Assembly (NCBI GenBank): GCA_963714905.1
Contig: CAVQPZ010000001.1
Span: 30,708 to 94,707 of the forward strand
DNA from: an uncultured Gammaproteobacteria bacterium
GTDB taxonomy: Bacteria; Pseudomonadota; Gammaproteobacteria; Xanthomonadales; Xanthomonadaceae
Length of the DNA stretch: 64,000 bases
Direction: 5' to 3'
Position 1 is the stretch's first letter. The number at the start of each line of letters is the position of its first letter. The translations under genes were made by a program, and so were the position numbers. This document shows, piece by piece, positions 59,788-64,000 of this stretch. The notes beneath the pieces were generated by a model. That model was not told where the DNA came from. It was given only the letters and a program-made list of their open reading frames with translations, and did no database searches.

Positions 59788-60789
59788 GTGCGCAGGTTTT
59801 TCCCGCTGGTACTTTGCTGCAGTTTCTGGCTGTGCACGATGGCGGTCTCTGCTGCTTCCGAACAGGCGACGGCACCTTTCGAGCTGCCATCGGCCGGTTA
59901 CCTCTGGTCTCCGCAGATCGCCCCCCAGGGGCCCGTGGTGATCATCGTCAGCCTTCCGGAACAGCGCGCGCATGTGTATCGCAACGGCATCCGCATCGGC
60001 CTGTCGAAGGTAAGCACCGGCAAGCCGGGTCACGAAACGCCGACCGGCGTGTTCGAGATCCTGCAGAAAAACAGGGAGCACTATTCGAACCTCTACGACA
60101 ATGCCCCAATGCCGTACATGCAGCGGCTGACCTGGGATGGCATAGCACTGCACGCAGGCCACGTACCGGACCACCCCGCCTCACATGGCTGCATCCGCTT
60201 GCCTTACGCGTTTTCGCAAGCGCTTTTCGCGGTCACCTCGCGTGGGATGACAGTGATCGTCACCGACAAGATGGTCGAACCTTCGATCGCGTCCCCGGGT
60301 TTGTTCGCGCCATCCGCTGCAGCAGCCGAGCTTGCAGGCACCTACGAAATCCCCGCACCAGCCCCTTACCGCTGGACGCCGGAGTTGGCGGAAAGTGGCC
60401 CTATCGCGATATTGCTGAGCATGCATGATCAGGAGGTGCGCGTCCTGCGCAATGCAATCGAGATCGGGCGTGCGCCGGCCACCTTGACTGCCGGCCCGGT
60501 GCACGGCACCAGCGTTTACGTGCTGCTCGACGATGCTGGGCAAGAGGCCAGTGCGGCCCCAGGCCGCCCTGCCCTGCGCTGGCAGCATGTGCCGCTGGTC
60601 GACGAAGGCGAGGTCGCACCGCTGGACCTGTACACGATGGTCGAGTCGGGGCAATTGCGTGTCGATCCAGACTTCGTACGCCGGGTCCAGGATGCCCTCA
60701 TACCCGGCACCACGCTGCTGGTGACCGACAAGCCGCTGCAACCACTCATCGTCGGCGATCTCTCGATTCTCAGCGGCGACCAGCCTTAA
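59788..60789 (+). CDS. L,D-transpeptidase family (YkuD domain)
   Basis: Signal peptide, VSTGKPGHETPTG, ALHAG...ASHGCIRL. Confidence 0.9.
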   Translation: MRRFFPLVLCCSFWLCTMAVSAASEQATAPFELPSAGYLWSPQIAPQGPVVIIVSLPEQRAHVYRNGIRIGLSKVSTGKPGHETPTGVFEILQKNREHYSNLYDNAPMPYMQRLTWDGIALHAGHVPDHPASHGCIRLPYAFSQALFAVTSRGMTVIVTDKMVEPSIASPGLFAPSAAAAELAGTYEIPAPAPYRWTPELAESGPIAILLSMHDQEVRVLRNAIEIGRAPATLTAGPVHGTSVYVLLDDAGQEASAAPGRPALRWQHVPLVDEGEVAPLDLYTMVESGQLRVDPDFVRRVQDALIPGTTLLVTDKPLQPLIVGDLSILSGDQP

Positions 60790-60803
60790 CCGAAGAGCCC
60801 TTC

Positions 60804-60825
60804 GCCCATCCCGAAAGGGATGGGC
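60804..60825. terminator. GNRA-loop hairpin between convergent genes
   Basis: GCCCATCCC-GAAA-GGGATGGGC. Confidence 0.6.
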
Positions 60826-60867
60826 TGCATCGGGCCATGCCCGCACGCGCATGTCTCTGGCCTCGTC

Positions 60868-61524
60868 TCAGCGGGCTCGCGTGGCTTGTGCGCACCGGTA
60901 CCACGCCACCGTGATCATTGCCCCCAGCCCTGCCATCGCCGAATCCTTCTGCGCATCCCACTCGTCTCCCTGGGTGCCGAGATAGGCTTGGCCAAGGTCT
61001 CCACCGAAGATGACGGCTGCCATCCACTCGATCATTTCGTAGATCGTGGATTGAGCCACCATGAACAGCAGGGGGACCAGCCAGCGCCAGAGACCACGCT
61101 GGGGTGCACGGGCATCGAGCAACTCGATCGCGGCGGGCGTGATCAACAAGCCGTAGGCGAAATGTACCAACCGGTCGAAATGATTTCGCTGCAGGCCGAA
61201 TGCATCGCTGATGGTGTGACCCGTGATCGCCTGTGCCCAGCGATCGTAGGGCACCTCGGCATAGGTGTAGTGGGCGCCAATGGCATGCAACGCGAAAAAC
61301 ACGAACAGAAGCGTGTATGCCGTGTTCGACAGCCTGAGTCGCGGGTATGCCCATGCCAGTAACGGCACTGCGATGAGGACCAGCAGATTCTCGAGCAACC
61401 AGTCCTGCCGATACCATGGTGCGATGGCGAGTGCGCCCCACCACAGGGCAAACACTGCGAGCAGTGTCAGTGGATATCGGGTGGATGAACTAGTGTGAAT
61501 AGAACACCGGAATCGTGGCTCCAA
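60868..61524 (-). CDS. DUF2238 (YjdF-like) membrane protein; start uncertain
   Basis: DWLLEN, GAHYTYAEVP, RNHFDRLVHF, YEMIEW, LGTQGDEWDAQKD. Confidence 0.87.
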   Translation of the reverse strand: MEPRFRCSIHTSSSTRYPLTLLAVFALWWGALAIAPWYRQDWLLENLLVLIAVPLLAWAYPRLRLSNTAYTLLFVFFALHAIGAHYTYAEVPYDRWAQAITGHTISDAFGLQRNHFDRLVHFAYGLLITPAAIELLDARAPQRGLWRWLVPLLFMVAQSTIYEMIEWMAAVIFGGDLGQAYLGTQGDEWDAQKDSAMAGLGAMITVAWYRCAQATRAR

Positions 61525-62326
61525 TCAGCAGTTCGCGGGTCACGCCGCCCATGGCCCATTCCCGGAAGCGCGAATGGCCATAGCCGCCAACCACGATCAG
61601 GTCCGCGTGCAACTTGCCCGCGTGATCAAGCACGACCGCGCTGATCGACATGTCCTTCGACTCGAGCACGGTGACATCGACCTTCACGCCATGACGCGCC
61701 AGGTTCCCGGCGACGTCCGCACCGGGCTGTGCGTCGGTGCCGCGCTGGTCGGTGGCGGCGTCGACCATCAGGAGTTCGACTGCCTCGGCACCCATCAGCA
61801 GTGGCAGGGCATCATGCAGTGCGCGCGCGGCCTCGCGTGTCGGGCGCCATGCCACGACCACGCGCCTGGGTGGCATGGTCGCCTTGCAGCGTGGCGGAAC
61901 CACCAGCACCGGCCGGCCGGACTCCAGCAGGAGGCTGCCGAAATACGCGTGCGTGGTCTCCGCCTCGAGGGTGTCGCCAATCGAACCGGCGATGATCGAC
62001 AAGTCGGCATGGTGTGCGCGGTGAGCCGCGCCGGCAGGCTCGGAAATCGTCTCGACCATATCGACCAGGGATGATATTGGCACCTTTTCGAGCCGGGACC
62101 TGATCCGGGCGACACTGGCTTGCCCCTGCGATCGCAGTGCTTTGTAGAGATCGACAATCGCGACGTCGGGCGCCAACCCCCAGGGGCTTATCACCGGCGT
62201 CGGCAAGTTCACCATCACCAGCACAGTCAGGTGCGCGCCGTGGCTCGCTGCCAGGTCAATGGCGATGTTGAGCGCATCCATGTCCCCCGGCGTTCCGGTG
62301 ATCGGCAAGACAAGATCCTTGTACAT
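61490..62326 (-). CDS. Universal stress protein (tandem domain)
   Basis: MYKDLVL, SGRPVLVVP, VAWRPTREAARALHDALP, GGYGHSRFREWAMGGVT. Confidence 0.92.
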   Translation of the reverse strand: MYKDLVLPITGTPGDMDALNIAIDLAASHGAHLTVLVMVNLPTPVISPWGLAPDVAIVDLYKALRSQGQASVARIRSRLEKVPISSLVDMVETISEPAGAAHRAHHADLSIIAGSIGDTLEAETTHAYFGSLLLESGRPVLVVPPRCKATMPPRRVVVAWRPTREAARALHDALPLLMGAEAVELLMVDAATDQRGTDAQPGADVAGNLARHGVKVDVTVLESKDMSISAVVLDHAGKLHADLIVVGGYGHSRFREWAMGGVTRELLIGATIPVFYSH

Positions 62327-62392
62327 CGCTTGCGCTCCCATTCCGGCCTGATGCATCCAGAGCCATTGGACGGCGGAACAGAGGCTTGTGTA

Positions 62393-62406
62393 TTGATCTG
62401 AATCAA
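62393..62406. promoter_or_regulatory. FNR/ANR/FixK box
   Basis: TTGAT-CTGA-ATCAA, perfect consensus, centred about 73 bp upstream of the USP ATG. Confidence 0.85.
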
Positions 62407-62521
62407 GTCTCCTGCATCAGCCATCAGGGCTGCGCCGTACACGGTCGCAGCGCCGGGACAGCCTTTGATCAGTACGAGCGCGAGCGCCGGAAGCGGGCGC
62501 TGCGGGTCGGCAGATCGCCGC

Positions 62522-63454
62522 TTACGTGAACATTCCCCGTTCCCGCGCGTAGACGACCCGCACCGCCAGCGCGCAAGACATCAACCGGGTCAACCGGCTG
62601 TCCGCGCGGCTGGTGAGGATGATCGGGATGCGTGCGCCCAGCACCAGTCCGGCGGCATCGGCGTTGCCGAGGAAGGTCAACTGCTTGGCGATCATGTTGC
62701 CCGCTTCAAGGTTCGGCATCAGCAGTATGTCGGCGTCGCCGGCGACGTCCGACACGATGCCCTTCTCATGGGCGGCCTCGCGCGAAATGGCGTTGTCGAA
62801 GGCCAACGGGCCGTCGATCAGCGCGCCTTCGATCTGTCCGCGCTGCGCCATCTTCGACAGGCAGGCGGCATCGATCGTGGCCGGCATGTCCGGGTTCACC
62901 GTCTCAACGGCCGCCAGTACCGCGATCTTCGGGATCGCATTTGCGCCATGCAGCGACTTGAACAGATGGATGGCGTTGCGCGCGATGTCGGCCTTTTCCG
63001 CCAGCGTCGGCGTCAGGTTGATGACGCCGTCAGTGATGAAGAACGGCTTGTGGTATCCGGCATCGATGAACGCATAGACGTGACTCATCCGGCGCTCGGT
63101 GCGCAGCGGCCTGGCGGCGATGATGGCTGCAAGCAGTTCGTCAGAATGCAGCGAGCCCTTCATCAATGCCTGCACCTCGCCTTGTACCGCCAGTGCGCAG
63201 GCGTGCTCGGCGGCGGCGTGGCTATGCTCGACGTGGTGCAGCGGCCAGTCGCGTATGTCGACGCCCGCCTCTTCTGCGGCGGCGAGGATACGGGCTTGCG
63301 GGCCAACCAGCACGGGCTCGATCAATCCTTCGGTGACCGCATCGAAAACGGATTCGATGGCATTCGCCTTGACCGGATGCACGATCGCGGTGCGCAGCGC
63401 CGGCATCGGTTTGCAGGCATCCAGCAGTTCGCGAGCGGTGGGAAGATGGGTCAT
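62522..63454 (-). CDS. pta: Phosphate acetyl/butyryltransferase
   Basis: ALMKGSLH, RRMSH, AAVETVN, DGPLAFDNA, PNLEAGN, LTSRADS. Confidence 0.9.
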   Translation of the reverse strand: MTHLPTARELLDACKPMPALRTAIVHPVKANAIESVFDAVTEGLIEPVLVGPQARILAAAEEAGVDIRDWPLHHVEHSHAAAEHACALAVQGEVQALMKGSLHSDELLAAIIAARPLRTERRMSHVYAFIDAGYHKPFFITDGVINLTPTLAEKADIARNAIHLFKSLHGANAIPKIAVLAAVETVNPDMPATIDAACLSKMAQRGQIEGALIDGPLAFDNAISREAAHEKGIVSDVAGDADILLMPNLEAGNMIAKQLTFLGNADAAGLVLGARIPIILTSRADSRLTRLMSCALAVRVVYARERGMFT

Positions 63455-64000
63455 GAACCGGTTCCTTCGGGATTGCCGTCGGTTGTCATCGTACTGGTCG
63501 TTTGCCAGTCACCACCCAGTGCCTTGAACAATGCAACCAGGTTGATGGCGGCAGCGGTGTGGGTCCGGGCGTAGGCATCCTCGGCGTCGCGCAGGGCGCG
63601 CTCCTCGGTCAGCATCTCGGTGAGCGCGATGTCACCGGCCTTGAAGCGGACCTGCGCATGCCCGTAACCGCGGCGAGCAGCCTCCACTGCCACGCGCTGG
63701 CGCTGGACGGCGTCCAGGCCAAGCTGGTAGTCGCTCAGTGCGCGTTCCGCGTCACCCAACGCCACCAGGACGGTCTTTTCGTAGGCAAGTGCGGCCTGCT
63801 CCTGCCGCGCTTCGCTCGCGCGAATCTCCGCTCGCACGCGACCGCCATCGAATACACGCCAGGAGATCAACGGCATGATCGAAAACGCCTGGCTGGCGGA
63901 CTCGAACAAGTTGCCGGCATCCAGCGACTGGAAGCCGCCGCTGGCACCGATCGACAGCTTCGGGAACAGCTCCGCGGTGGCCACGCCGATGTCGGCGGTG
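63451..64000 (-). CDS. Efflux outer membrane factor (NodT/OprM family), 5' part outside the window
   Basis: ELFPKLSI, VFDGGR, YEKTVLVAL, LFKALGG. Confidence 0.9.
   Translation of the reverse strand, partial: TADIGVATAELFPKLSIGASGGFQSLDAGNLFESASQAFSIMPLISWRVFDGGRVRAEIRASEARQEQAALAYEKTVLVALGDAERALSDYQLGLDAVQRQRVAVEAARRGYGHAQVRFKAGDIALTEMLTEERALRDAEDAYARTHTAAAINLVALFKALGGDWQTTSTMTTDGNPEGTGS

Overview
High-GC chromosomal segment whose gene set and order fit the Xanthomonadaceae/Lysobacteraceae (inferred from synteny, not from a search). Bases 1 to about 52.3 kb are mostly core genes: nfuA, two cytochromes c, an RND adaptor with two permeases, aguAB, rpmJ, cmk-rpsA-ihfB-lapA-lapB-LPS genes-galU, a PsrA-like/fad operon, ndk-rlmN-pilW-rodZ-yfgM-bamB-der-mobA-moeB, folD-guaB-guaA-tadA-orn, mscS-ppsA/ppsR, tRNA-Ala/tRNA-Glu and phrB. 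About 20 genes, including der, folD and guaB, carry small frameshifts that are best explained as sequencing indels. At 52307-52334 is a 28-bp dif-like XerC/XerD site, and the KOPS octamers I could see switch strand across it, so the window probably spans the replication terminus. Right of this site is an accessory, apparently low-oxygen module: ackA, pta, two universal stress proteins, a perfect FNR/FixK box, an L,D-transpeptidase, an efflux outer-membrane factor, and a FixL-type heme-PAS kinase / receiver / REC-PAS-PAS-GGDEF-EAL operon. No CRISPR array, transposase or integrase is visible. No clearly new system is established; the best leads are the dif-adjacent O2-to-c-di-GMP module, an AT-rich guaA 3' end, a terminator-like ndk leader and a small Zn-finger ORF beside a DUF1244-like remnant.
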